A stretch of 64,000 nucleotides of DNA from Laetmonice hystrix (Eukaryota). The notes under the pieces are model-generated. The model ran no database searches, was not told the origin of the DNA, and saw only the letters and a program-made list of their open reading frames with translations. The number at the start of each line of letters is the position of its first letter. Position 1 is the first letter of the stretch. Location of the stretch: NCBI GenBank assembly GCA_965235115.1, contig OZ249436.1:6326001-6390000 (forward strand). The letters are read 5' to 3'. The position numbers and the translations under genes are program-made. This document shows, one piece after another, positions 14,040 to 26,455 of the stretch.

Positions 14040-14570
14040 TGGTGAGTCGGTGAGCTGGTAAATGGTTGGTCGGTTGCTCGGACGGTCGGATGGGTTGCTT
14101 TTCGGGTCGGTTTTCTGGTTTGTCGGGTGGATTGATGGGTTTCAGGGTGGGTGTGTGGTCAGATGGGTGGCCGGTTGGGCGGGTTGTCTGGTTGGGGGGG
14201 TGGTCCGCTGGGTACTCTGGTGGACATGTGGTAATGTGGGGTTTTGGGTGGGTGGGTGGGTGTGTGGAGCGGTGTGCCTAGGTGTGCCAATCTGCGTGCC
14301 GTCCTGCCTGGCCAATCCCCTGCTTTCCTACGTGCCTGCTTTCACTACCTGGCCGCCTGCCTGCCTGCCTTACCGCCTGCTTGACTGCCTGCCTGTCTGC
14401 GATCGTTCCTTCCTGCCTGTCTGTCTGCCTTACTACCTGTCTGCCTTCCTGCTCGGTAATCCGTGTGTCTGTCTGCCTGCTGGCCTGTCTTTCAGCTTGC
14501 CTGGCCGTCGGTATACCCTCTTGCTTGAATGTCTGCTGTTCACCTTAGTGCTTACCTTCCTGCCTGCTGC
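14040..14570. repeat. Degenerate bipartite microsatellite, (GGTN)n followed by (CCTG)n
   Basis: Directly visible; it produces the spurious G/W/V-rich and L/P/C-rich 194-aa ORF. Confidence 0.8.
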
Positions 14571-15009
14571 CCTTGAGGACACGATTATTCAAAGAGATGA
14601 GTGTTTGCTTTCAAGTAAAGTGGGTTGCAGTTTGACCTATGCATGATACTTGCATCGTTTACCTACACTGTTGATTCTTTCACTGTTTTTGGTTGTAGTA
14701 TTTTTATATGTTGAAGGTTGATTGTGTTCAGGTCCATGGTTTAGTTTAAGTTAAGCATATAAGTTAGGTTAAGTTATCGGTTAAACGTGAAACAAATAAC
14801 GACGTTTAAACAAGATATAACCTATAACGGCATCAGTCATGCCACAGACTTGCACTGAATGTGGTTGGTACAATGCACAGCTGCCAGGGGCTGCAGAATG
14901 AATATCAAAACAACAAAATGTGAGTCGAACACAAAAGGAAAATGACCAAGAAACACATCAATACTAAACTGACTGTGGATTTGTGAAAATGGTGTAGCCA
15001 TACTCTGGA

Positions 15010-18000
15010 GTTCCACAAACGATGAACAATGCTCAGGAGAATGCTACTCGAGGCAAACGGTCAAATGTATGATACGGTGTACTTGTATACGAGTCGCACA
15101 TGTATTAGGCATGTTTATGCTGGTTTGATATTTTCACACACTGGGGTTTAATTGGGTTGATTACGTATTTGTGTGCATTTGATTTCATTTATTTCCCTCA
15201 TTCTATTTATGTTTCCGATGTTTTGAATGCTGTAATGTTTGAATAAGATGTTTGTTATGCTGCTTTGTTCGAATGAGTTTGAAACGCCATGTAATATTGC
15301 ATTCCTTGAGCAAGGTATGTTGGTTTGCTTTCAAGTAGGCCTACTGCAGCAGATTGGGGCTGTGGATGTTGATGGAGTGGGTTGAGGTTGATTATTTCAT
15401 CGTTTTTATATACATGTTTTATTTGAAAGTTGATTGTGTCTCTGTTTGAAATATTGTTTAATGATTTTTGTCTTCTATGTTTGACGTTTCTTGCTTTGTA
15501 GTTTTCATGTTGTTGAAGTTATGTATAAGTTAGGTTCAGTTTAGTTAAGTTAGTTAAGTATAAAGGAGTGACTTCAAAAACTGATCATCGATAATACTTT
15601 GGCGAAACATCGAAAAATGAAATTCAAAGATGGTGACAGAGTAAAAAAAAAACACAAGAAAAAAAAACAACAAAAAAACGAGAAGACTCGTGCAGCAAAA
15701 TCTGAATGAGAGAGCAGGGTGTGAATATGACAGTTTAGACAAAGCACAACACGAATAACGACGTTTAAACAAGATATAAACCTATAAAGGCATCAGTAAT
15801 GCCACAACCTTATGCTGAATGTGGTTGGTATAATGCACAGCAGCCAGGTGCTGCAGAATCAATATCAAAACGGTTGAACAAAGACAAATTCATCAAGAAA
15901 GACAACATTAATACTAAACTGGTGAATATGGTACCCTATCGAATCATGGAGTTAGGTGTTGATTCGTAAAAAGCGGATATACATGCACACAAACTATGAA
16001 AAATGCTCAGGAGAATGATACTCCTGGCAAACGGTCATGTATGACACTTACATTTGAGTCGCCACTAGGTTGATATTTTCACACGCTGATGGGTGATTGT
16101 TTTGATGATTTTGGTGGGGCGATTGATTTCCCTGATTCTATTGATGTTTTCGATGTTTTGAATGTTCCACAAACGATGAACAATGCTCAGGAGAATGCTA
16201 CTCGAGGCAAACGGTCAAATGTATGATACGGTGTACTTGTATACGAGTCGCACATGTATTAGGCATGTTTATGCTGGTTTGATATTTTCACACACTGGGG
16301 TTTGATGGTTTGATTACGTATTTGTGTGCATTTGATTCATTTATTTCCCTCATTCTATTTATGTTTCCGATGTTTTGAATGCTGTAATGTTTGAATAAGA
16401 TGTTTGTTGTGGTTAATGTTTATGCTGCTTTGTTCGAATGAGTTTGAAACGCCATGTAATATTGCATTCCTTGAGCAAGGTATGTTGGTTTGCTTTCAAG
16501 TAGGCCTACTGCAGCAGATTGGGGCTGTGGATGTTGATGGAGTGGATTGAGGTTGATTATTTCATCGTTTTTATATACATGTTTTATTTGAAAGTTGATT
16601 GTGTCTCTGTTTGAAATATTGTCTAATGATTTTTGTCTTCTTTGTTTAACGTTTCTTGCTTTGTAGTTTTCATGTTGTTGAAGTTATGTATAAGTTAGGT
16701 TCAGTTTAGTTAAGTTAGTTAAGTATAAAGGAGTGACTTCAAAAACTGATCATCGATAATACTTTGGCGAAACATCGAAAATGAAATTCAAAGATGGTGA
16801 CAGAGTAAAAAAAAAACACAAGAAAAAAAACAACAAAAAAATGAGAAGACTCGTGCAGCAAAATCTTAATGAGAGAGCAGGGTGTGAATATGACAGTTCA
16901 GACAAAGCACAACACGAATAAAGACGTTTAAACAAGATATAAACCTATAAAGGCATCAGTAATGCCACAACCTTATGCTGAATGTGGTTGGTATAATGCA
17001 CAGCAGCCAGGTGCTGCAGAATCAATATCAAAACAGTTGAACAAAGACAAATTCATCAAGAAACACATTAATACTAAAGTGGTGAATATGGTACCCTATC
17101 GAATCATGGAGTGAGGTGTGGATTCGTAAAAAGCGGATATACATGCACACAAACTATGAAAAATGCTCAGGAGAATGATACTCCTGGCAAACGGTCATGT
17201 ATGACACTTACATTTGAGTCGCCACTAGGTTGATATTTTCACACGCTGATGGGTGATTGTTTTGATGATTTTGGTGGGGCGATTAATTTCCCTGATTCTA
17301 TTGATGTTTTCGATGTTTTGAATGTTCCACAAACGATGAACAATGCTCAGGAGAATGCTACTCGAGGCAAACGGTCAAATGTATGATACGGTGTACTTGT
17401 ATACGAGTCGCACATGTATTAGGCATGTTTATGCTGGTTTGATATTTTCACACACTGGGGTTTGAGTACGTATTTGTGTGCATTTGATTTCATTTATTTC
17501 CCTGATTCTATTTGTTTCCGATGCTTTGAATGCTGTAACGTTTTAATAAGATGTTTGTTGTGGTTAATGTTTATGCTGCTTATGTTCGAATGAGTTTGAA
17601 ACGCCATGTAATATTGCATTCCTTGAGCAAGGTATGTTGGTTTGCTTTCAAGTAGGCCTACTGCAGCAGATTGGGGCTGTGGATGTTGATGGAGTAGGTT
17701 GAGGTTGATTATTTCATTGTTTTTATATACATGTTTTATTTGAAAGTTGATTGTGTCTCTGTTTGAAATATTGTCTAATGATTTTTGTCTTCTATGTTTG
17801 ACGTTTCTTGCTTTGTAGTTTTCATGTTGAAGTTATGTATAAGTTAGGTTCAGTTTAGTTAAGTTAGTTAGGTATAAAGGAGTGACTTTAAAAACTGATC
17901 TTCGATAATACTTTGGTGAAACATGGAAAAGCGAAGGTGTTTAGTTCCCATCACATGGAGCCAATGTCACTGTCCATTTCGAAAATGAAATTCAAAGATA

Positions 18001-19695
18001 GTGACAGAGTAAAAAAAAACACGAGAAAAAAAACAAACGAGAAGACTCGTGCAGCAAAATCTGAATGAGAGAGCAGGGTGTGAATATGACAGTTCAGACA
18101 AAGCACAACACGAATAACGACGTTTAAACAAGATATAAACCTATAAAGGCATCAGTAATGCCACAACCTTATGCTGAATGTGGTTGGTATAATGCACAGC
18201 AGCCAGGTCCTGCAGAATCAATATCAAAACGGTTGAACAAAGACAAATTCATCAAGAAAGACAACATTAATACTAAACTGGTGAATATGGTACCCTATCG
18301 AATCATGGAGTTAGGTGTTGATTCGTAAAAAGCGGATATACATGCACACAAACTATGAAAAATGCTCAGGAGAATGATACTCCTGGCAAACGGTCATGTA
18401 TGACACTTACATTTGAGTCGCCACTAGGTTGATATTTTCACACGCTGATGGGTGATTGTTTTGATGATTTTGGTGGGGCGATTGATTTCCCTGATTCTAT
18501 TGATGTTTTCGATGTTTTGAATGTTCTACAAACGATGAACAATGCTCAGGAGAATGCTACTCGAGGCAAACGGTCAAATGTATGATACGGTGTACTTGTA
18601 TACGAGTCGCACATGTATTAGGCATGTTTATGCTGGTTTGATATTTTCACACACTGGGGTTTGATGGTTTGATTACGTATTTGTGTGCATTTGATTCATT
18701 TATTTCCCTCATTCTATTTATGTTTCCGATGTTTTGAATGCTGTAATGTTTGAATAAGATGTTTGTTGTGGTTAATGTTTATGCTGCTTTGTTCGAATGA
18801 GTTTGAAACGCCATGTAATATTGCATTCCTTGAGCAAGGTATGTTGGTTTGCTTTCAAGTAGGCCTACTGCAGCAGATTGGGGCTGTGGATGTTGATGGA
18901 GTGGGTTGAGGTTGATTATTTCATCGTTTTTATATACATGTTTTATTTGAAAGTTGATTGTGTCTCTGTTTGAAATATTGTCTAATGATTTTTGTCTTCT
19001 ATGTTTGACGTTTCTTGCTTTGTAATTTTCATGTTGTTGAAGTTATGTATAAGTTAGGTTCAGTTTAGTTAAGTTAGTTAAGTATAAAGGAGTGACTTCA
19101 AAAACTGATCATCGATAATACTTTGGCGAAACATCGAAAAATGAAATTCAAAGATGGTGACAGAGTAAAAAAAACACAAGAAAAAAAACAACAAAAAAAC
19201 GAGAAGACTCGTGCAGCAAAATCTGAATGAGAGAGCAGGGTGTGAATATATGACAGTTCAGACAAAGCACAACACGAATAACGACGTTTAAACAAGATAT
19301 AAACCTATAAAGGCATCAGTAATGCCACAACCTTATGCTGAATGTGGTTGGTATAATGCACAGCAGCCAGGTCCTGCAGAATCAATATCAAAACGGTTGA
19401 ACAAAGACAAATTCATCAAGAAAGACAACATTAATACTAAACTGGTGAATATGGTACCCTATCGAATCATGGAGTGAGGTGTGGATTCGTAAAAAGCGGA
19501 TATACATGCACACAAACTATGAAAAATGCTCAGGAGAATGATACTCCAGGCAAACGGTCATGTATGATACTTACATTTGAATCGCCACTAGGTTGATATT
19601 TTCACACGCTGATGGGTGACTGTTGGTGATTTTGGTGGGGCGATTGATTTTATTTATTTCCCTGATTCTATTGATGTTTCCGATGTTTTGAATGT
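15010..19695 (+). repeat. Four tandem copies of a ~1.15-1.20-kb unit
   Basis: The unit start GTTC(C/T)ACAAACGATGAACAATGCTCAGGAGAATGCTACTCGAGG occurs at 15010, 16164, 17324 and 18523. Units are highly similar with small indels; unit 3 has an extra ~40 bp near 17930-17975. Confidence 0.95.
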
Positions 19696-22293
19696 CTTAA
19701 TGTTTGAATGTCTTCTTGTTTGAATACAACGTTTGTGGGGTTTAATTTTTATGTTGCTTACCTTATACCTCACAGGGAACCTTTTCATTGTCAGCGGTAG
19801 TATTTTCATTATGTGGAAGGTTGATTTTGTCCATGATTGAAACACTATTTTACGTGGGTGGTCTTCGTTGTTTGGTCGTTTGTTTGATAATTTATGGTTT
19901 AATGGTTTAGTTTAAGCCGAGTAGAACTTAAGTTAACTAAGTTGGCTCAATTAATAAAGTGTCAATTGCTTGATGTCCTGGGGTTCTTCAGAGGTTATGA
20001 AATAGGCAAACGTTGATGGATGACACTGAGTTTATAGAAGTGACTTGAAAACTGATCCTTCAGTAAAACGTGATACATGGAAAAGCAATGGTGTTTATTT
20101 CCGTCGTATTCAGCCAATGTAGGAGTGTACATATGACAATGAATGATCATGGCAGTTGAGACAATGAAAAATGAAAACGGGTATAAAAAGCAAAACAGAA
20201 ATAATGACGTTCCACCAATACATAACCTAAAAAACGGCATCAGTGCTGCCTCAAACTTGCAATGAATGTGTTTGGTATTGATACCCAATGGCCAGGTTCT
20301 GCAGAACGAACAGTAACGAACGAACAGAAAATCGAGCAGACACGTGCAGAAAACAATCTGAAGGAGTGATCAGAGTGTGAATATGAATAATGACAAATTA
20401 AAACCGGCATAAAATGCACAACAGCAATAATGACGTTCAAACAAGATATTACTCTAAAAGCTGAATTTGTGCCAGGTGCTACAGAATGAATATCAAAACA
20501 CGAGAGAAAAAAGACCAAGGAAGTCCATAGAAAAACGCCAACACTAAACTGGCGTTGTCGGTGGATCGGATGGCTATGAGGGGAGGAGGAGGCCATAGTA
20601 ACAAAACTTGTTACTGAGTATTACATTATCTTATTAAATCACTGAAACTGCTGTTGAGGTTTGGCTGTGATTTGTGTTTCCAATGTTTTGCATTGATAAT
20701 TTAATACGTATTTACGAACGGATGTGAAGATAATATATTAAATTGATTAACTGAACAAGTAGTTTTAGTTGTAGTGTTGAAGACTGGGAGGTGCCACATG
20801 ACTACTTGCTGCAATATACGCCACATTCCGTCGGAGCAGCCATGCATGTCGTAGGTCATGAGGACTATCGCACACGAGGTGTGGACGGCGACCACTCTTT
20901 CAACCTAATCGTCAGATGGGAAACGCACAAGTCCGCTGTCTCGCAGACCTTCAGAAGAGAAACAGTTCAAGCCCACCGCCACCCCTTTTCCTTAAAATAT
21001 CATTTATTCGGACTTGTGCTGTCCATTGTCTGGATTTTACAGCTGCCTTTACGCTTTTCCAGGGTTTTACATGCATAAGTAGGATTTATCCCTGGTTTTT
21101 AGTGCGGAAGGTTGGCGCCTAACATTTGAGTCTGGGAAGAAATTACTTTAATAAAGAAATTAACAGGCTTTTTTACTGTTTGTTATTTGTACAGTATCAT
21201 CAAAACATAATAAAGGTTAGTTAAACGATGCCACCAAATTAAACAGGTTAGCAAGACGTAGCCGAGGGAAAGGCCGGGAGAAAAAAAAACATTGCAAAAA
21301 TGTCGCAACAACGCAAAAGAAAAGAATGTAAAGATTCAAACGTGGTCAAACGAAGGCCAATCGGTAAACCGGCAAGTTAATGGTAGTATGGAGACACTGC
21401 AGCAAAGGCTGCAGAATTTGAAAACAAATTGAAACAAATCTGTAAAATGGTCAGTCGATGTCACCAAAGTAAGACTACTGACGTGAAGTCATGGATCAAA
21501 TCCAGCTGGTGGCAGGGTAGTCGGTCGTCGGAACGTGTTCATTTCCTGATTACAATATTAAATCCGGTAGGCGGCAGATAAGCTCATATACCTCGTACTT
21601 ATTCCAGTAGTACGAAGAAGTCGGCAGTGAGCAGAAAAGATGCAAGGCTGCCTGGTTGTCTTGGAGTCGCGGCCAAGTTTTGCATCCTAAAAACGGTTTA
21701 AATGAACGACATCTACTGAGACAACAAGGCGGCAGACCCAGAACGAAAGAACATAATATCTGAATCGTCATTTAAATTATTTCATTTAGAAATCGAATTG
21801 CACCAATTTTAACCATATAATTTCTAGATTTCAATTCACGATTATAATACAAGGACTGTTCTAACGATGTAGACGCCGTGAAGATGGCCATCAAAGCCAA
21901 CATGGAGGAAAGGTACAATTACTCGTTACTTCAGATGTATTATATGCCTACGTTTTCCACGAAAATCTGTTTACACCTAAATGTACTTGTCTTTGAAAGA
22001 TCAATAAACCTATATGCCTAAAAACTGAATTCCGTCTTTTCCATGCAGGTTCTAGATCACATGGTTCAGGAAATATAGGCCTGGGTTAAATCACTCTTGT
22101 CCCCTACAATATTATCCCTATATTATTAATATAGGGATTATAAATTTAATAGGATACATGTAGAATTCGGGGAAGGCAGGAGGAACCAAGAGGCTCTTGG
22201 TATATAATCATGTGGGCGGCGACGATAAAAATGCCGCTAATAGCATACTGACAAAAATGGGGGGGGGGGCACGCTCACGATCACGCCCATTTG

Positions 22294-22519
22294 CTAAAAT
22301 GAACGCTTATATAGGATATCGCATGGGAACTTTGGTAAGGCGCTGGGGCGTATGGGTAACCAGTTAAAAATGAGCGTTAATATATATATCGCACGGGAAC
22401 TTAGCCTGGTCCCCTGCCCACCAGACGCATCCGCTATGTCTGGGGACCAGGCTAACGGGAACTTGGGTAAGGCGCTGAGGCCTATGGGTAATGAGGACAC
22501 GTAACGCTTGCCGAACTAG
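22294..22519 (+). mobile_element. Possible Helitron-like 3' terminus
   Basis: Direct repeats GGGAACTT(T/G)GGTAAGGCGCTG..GC.TATGGGTAA (about 22325 and 22457) are followed by an imperfect hairpin GGACACGTAACGCTTGCC and CTAG (22516-22519). The base after CTAG is G rather than the canonical T. Confidence 0.35.
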
Positions 22520-22992
22520 GCCTATTTTTTTAGAAGCCATGGCAGATTTCCACCTGACACCAGTCAAACTGGTGGTTAATATTTGGGTAATAATATATCC
22601 CCAAACAAACCCAGCATAGGTCTAAGTTTAAATACAGAAATATCACTATGCTTGTTACATAATATCTTATGCATACAAACACTAATTTGTGTCACCGGTG
22701 TAATAATCTACTAATGATTGAGGTGGCGCGCATGTGCATCCTTGGGCCGTAATTGTGCACGGCTCGAAGATTGGCAAAAGGACTCGAACGTGAGAAGGGG
22801 TGTGTGTGTGTGGGGGGGGGGGGTTACTCGATTTTTTTTATACGTTCAAAGTTATCCAAAAATAAAATCAGTTCTGTACCAAAACCAAGGAATATTCTAG
22901 AAAAATTAACCAAAACAATGAACAACTCATTTTTTTTACGTTTACTCAGCTTAACGTCGCTTTTTACGCGATTGTCTCTCAATCCTGGGTTT

Positions 22993-23197
22993 GTTAGGGG
23001 TCGTAGAGGACGGCGTAGGAGCTATGTTTGAATCGTTAGGGTTCGTAGAGGACGGCGTAGGAGCTATGTTTGAATCGTTAGGGGTCGTAGAGGACGGCGT
23101 AGGAGCTATGTTTGAATCGTTAGGGGTCGTAGAGGACGGCGTAGGAGCTATGTTTGAATCGTTAGGGGTCGTAGAGGACGGCGTAGGAGCTATGTTT
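22993..23197. repeat. 42-bp tandem repeat, about 4.9 copies, overlapping the stop codon of the minus-strand gene
   Basis: GTTAGGGGTCGTAGAGGACGGCGTAGGAGCTATGTTTGAATC at 22993, 23035, 23077, 23119 and 23161, with no spacers. Confidence 0.95.
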
Positions 23198-23548
23198 AAG
23201 ACACAGGAACTGGACGCCAGGTAAGGCGTCTCTATTGTTGTTTCCGTAGAGAAACCCGCCGACGGCCCTGGACAGGTCTGGTGCAGAGTCCCACACTGAC
23301 ACTTTACTTAGCATGCCTCTACTGTTCCAGATCTGGCCACCTTTGGTGCAGTTCATCACAAGGTCGCTTCGCACACAACTCACCCGTTCAAACAATCCAT
23401 CCGGCTTAGCGACTTTCTGTTTGTCGTAGAAGAAATCCCCGAGGGCTGCATAACCTAGGATCATTTTAAAAATACATAAAAAGATACGGTGGACGATAGG
23501 TTAAAATATATTCTCTGGAAACACCGGCTCAAGCCTTGCGTAAATCAT

Positions 23549-23596
<48 letters not shown>

Positions 23597-25138
23597 GACA
23601 GAAACAGACAGAGAGGCAGATAGAGAGAGACAGAGACAGACAGAAACCCAGAGACAGAGACAGAGGTTAACACATGTGATCTGGCGCCACATAATTTACT
23701 AGAAGCCGCCACTTAATCTCCTGGCAGACGCCACTTATTTCACGTGAGGTGATTGTTAAATGAAGTTGGAAATCTCCCCTTACCATTCGTACTGACAATA
23801 TATTCCACAGCTGTGACCCTTACCCTGGGGACACGCAGCCCGCCACAGAGATCCTTCAGCCATGGTCAATATGTCGTTTCGGCTATCCCAGATTAGGGCG
23901 AAGGCAGTCGGCGTCTTGAGCGCCGACGGGTTGACCGCCTTGAAGGCCATAAGGTCGGTCCCCAGGTTATCGTGGTTCCGCTGTCCTCGTTGTCCTAAAG
24001 TCTTCCAGTCGGGGGCGGGCCGGGCCGGCTCGTAGCATATAAAGTTGTCACTGAAGCCAGGATTTTGAAAAAGGTGTATGTGTGTGTGTGTGGGGGGGGG
24101 GGGGATTCAAGAAACCTATTGCCAAATGGGATGTCATACAGTCTGTCAACAGGTATACCGTATCTTTTTATCGCTTGTTTTTGATTGCATGTCTTTTGGA
24201 CGTCATTTGGACTTACCTGGCAGTACCGAATCTGTCCCACCAGGCCCTGACTCCATTTTTACCAGGCGGTGTGACAATGGCGACCAGCTCCGGTGTGGCA
24301 TGCTAAAAGATGACACCAAACGGCATCCGTTTTGACATAGCAACATCCAGAACTTGGTTCGACATGGACAAATATGACTTCGTCTACACAACAAAACATG
24401 GCCCAGCAGTGCCTTACGTGTCCCTTTCATAACGTACTCACAACAAAACATGGCCCAGCAGTGCCTTACGTGTCCCTTTCATAACGTACTCACAACAGAA
24501 CATGGCCCAGTCTTACGTGTCCCTTCATAACGTACTCACACCAGAACATGGCCCAGCAGTGCCTTACGCGTCCCTTTCATAACGTACTCACAACAGAACA
24601 TGGCCCAGCAGTGCCTTAATTACGTGTCCCTTTCATAACGTACTCGTCCTTTGTTGCACTCAGAGGGGAAATTACTCAATAGGAAAACAAGTACGCATTA
24701 AAGGTTTGAAACGTTTTAGATAATAAGAGTTAATATATTCATGATTGAACTCACGACACATGCCAAGGCGGTCAGCAAGCCAAAGGTTCCTATAAATGTT
24801 AAGTCCATTGCAAAACGTGTCGATTAATGCGAAGTTGTAGTTACTGTTCTAACAGGTATGCACGGTACTCTGCCAATAGCGACACGACTTAGTGGATTAT
24901 CTTAATATGTGTCGTGCACCAAACATTGTGGGAATATCTGCACGTGTTTGTTGTGATAACTGAAAAACGGAACAATGGGCCGAAGTTAACTTTGTCAATG
25001 TGACCATGGGTTAACTCACACACACCAGAGACTAATAGCCACAGTTCTGAAGACAACCCTGACCCCTGACACAATAGGAACCAGGCCGGAAGATATTATA
25101 ATTAAATAGAGACAGACTGTAAAGTCCAGTGCTACCAT
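23162..25138 (-). CDS. Small, probably secreted Vps62/DUF946-like repeat protein (~226 aa, spliced)
   Basis: Three phase-compatible GT-AG exons on the minus strand: 24302-24217 (HATPELVAIVTPPGKNGVRAWWDRFGTA), 24050-23824 (DNFICYEPARPAPDWKTLGQRG...ALKTPTAFALIWDSRNDILTMAEGSLWRAACPQ) and 23454-23162 (GYAALGDFF...RVSCVRSDLV...QIWNSRGMLSKVSVW...YDP*). The motifs LIWD..GSLWR..P.GYxALGD..CVRxDLV..IW..G..VSVW match the Vps62-like consensus as I know it. A tentative first exon 25138-25064 (MVALDFTVCLYLIIISSGLVPIVSG, signal-peptide-like, donor GTCAGG) is less certain. Confidence 0.75.
23528..23663. repeat. (GA)n/(GACA)n microsatellite inside an intron of the minus-strand gene
   Basis: Directly visible. 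Confidence 0.9.
24387..24645. repeat. ~52-bp minisatellite, 5 copies, intronic or upstream in the minus-strand gene
   Basis: CACAACA(A/G)AACATGGCCCAGCAGTGCCTTACGTGTCCCTTTCATAACGTACT repeats from 24387 and 24439 onward, with small indels. Confidence 0.95.
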
Positions 25139-26382
25139 TACCCCTGTTTTATTAGTTGAGAGGCCATATATAGCGCCCTTGTCCCCTGGTTCCAGTGCCT
25201 ATGTACAAAAACAAATAACACGCATGCATCAAAATAAACAGGATTTTCAAAAGGGGTTCCCCATGTCGCTATGAAATGTTTTATAATATAAAAGGGGGGT
25301 TCCGAAGTTTAGCTACTTCCGAGATGGCCATTAGGCCATGCTCCTCTAGGAAATTTAACAAAAAGATATCAAATAATGCAATCTCGGGACATCTTGTGTG
25401 GAAATATGAATGTTTCCTTTGGTTAAAATAATGCATTTTACACCCCCTTTTTACCAAAATGTCCACTGATCTTTATTATTGCAATCTGAGTTCGTCGTCA
25501 GTATTCCATATATCCCTTACGGCCAATCTGTAGGGAGTACTGTTGGTGTAGGTATTTCAGGCTGCTCAGCGGGGTAGTGTTGAGGAGCGGGGTACTAGTG
25601 TCACCTCAACCAAACCAGCACCTTCCTGGCACTGTACCCGAGGAATGTTGATCACACCGTAACGACCAACTGTCGCTGACTGGTTTATTATCACACTTGT
25701 TCTACATTGTGAACTAACGCAATCTTTTAATAGTCTGACTGGAGGTTGGAAAACGGAGCAAATCCGATTACTGACTGAACGGTTTGTGAAATGACCTGTA
25801 TGGCGGAACTGTCTTTAAGAAAACAGGACCATACAGGGGGAATGGTGGCTAAATTAAGTATTTATATTGGTTTGGATCGCCGTAGCTCATTAATGAGGAA
25901 GATATTAAAAAAGGATACTATTTCAGGAGTTGTACAACAGGTCTTACTACACTCCGGTTCATTCTAAGCTTTTAGTAGCCTAACTTAATCGTAAATTATA
26001 CCTTCTATCCCGTCCCAACATGTAACAAATTGCACCAGAAAGCCGAACTGAAACTCAACTATATAGAAATGAATTACTCTCAGTCGTCTCTTACATTTCT
26101 GCGCTCTCTCTGTCTCTGTCTCTGTCTGTCTCTATCTATCTCTGTCTCTGTCTCTGTCTCCCTCTGTCTCTCTCTGTCTCTCTCTCTGTCTCTCTCTATC
26201 TCTCTCTCTCTCTCTCTCTCTTACTATTGTTTATGTTTAGTGTTAAGTAGCTTTCTATGTGTAAAAGCTGTATGGGACTGAAGAAAATACTGAACTTGAT
26301 CTGGTCACATGGTAACGTAAATATTTACACGTTACTAAGTAATATGCAACAGGACTGCGTCTGCGCGAAATCCGATAATTGT

Positions 26383-26396
26383 GCTTATATATAAGC
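26383..26396 (+). promoter_or_regulatory. TATA box within the palindrome GCTTATATATAAGC, copy 1
   Basis: About 65 nt upstream of the ATG; identical in all four copies. Confidence 0.65.
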
Positions 26397-26455
26397 TGAC
26401 GGGAACTCATTACGACCAAAACGGCCTCCTCGTGTAGCACATCAACCAACTCGCT

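Noticed and set aside
14062..14646. Longest ORF in the track (194 aa)
   Set aside because: It is a low-complexity translation of (GGTN)n/(CCTG)n repeats with no domain-like content.
22993..23197. CRISPR-like appearance and the + strand ORF (LGVVEDGVGAMFES)n
   Set aside because: The units are contiguous with no unique spacers, the context is eukaryotic and no cas genes are present. The + ORF is a by-product of the 42-nt period.
25010..25030. Strong GTGAGT donor on the minus strand as the end of exon 1 of the Vps62-like gene
   Set aside because: It is phase 2 relative to the ATG at 25138, while the next acceptor needs phase 0. It would be usable only if an unseen exon intervenes.
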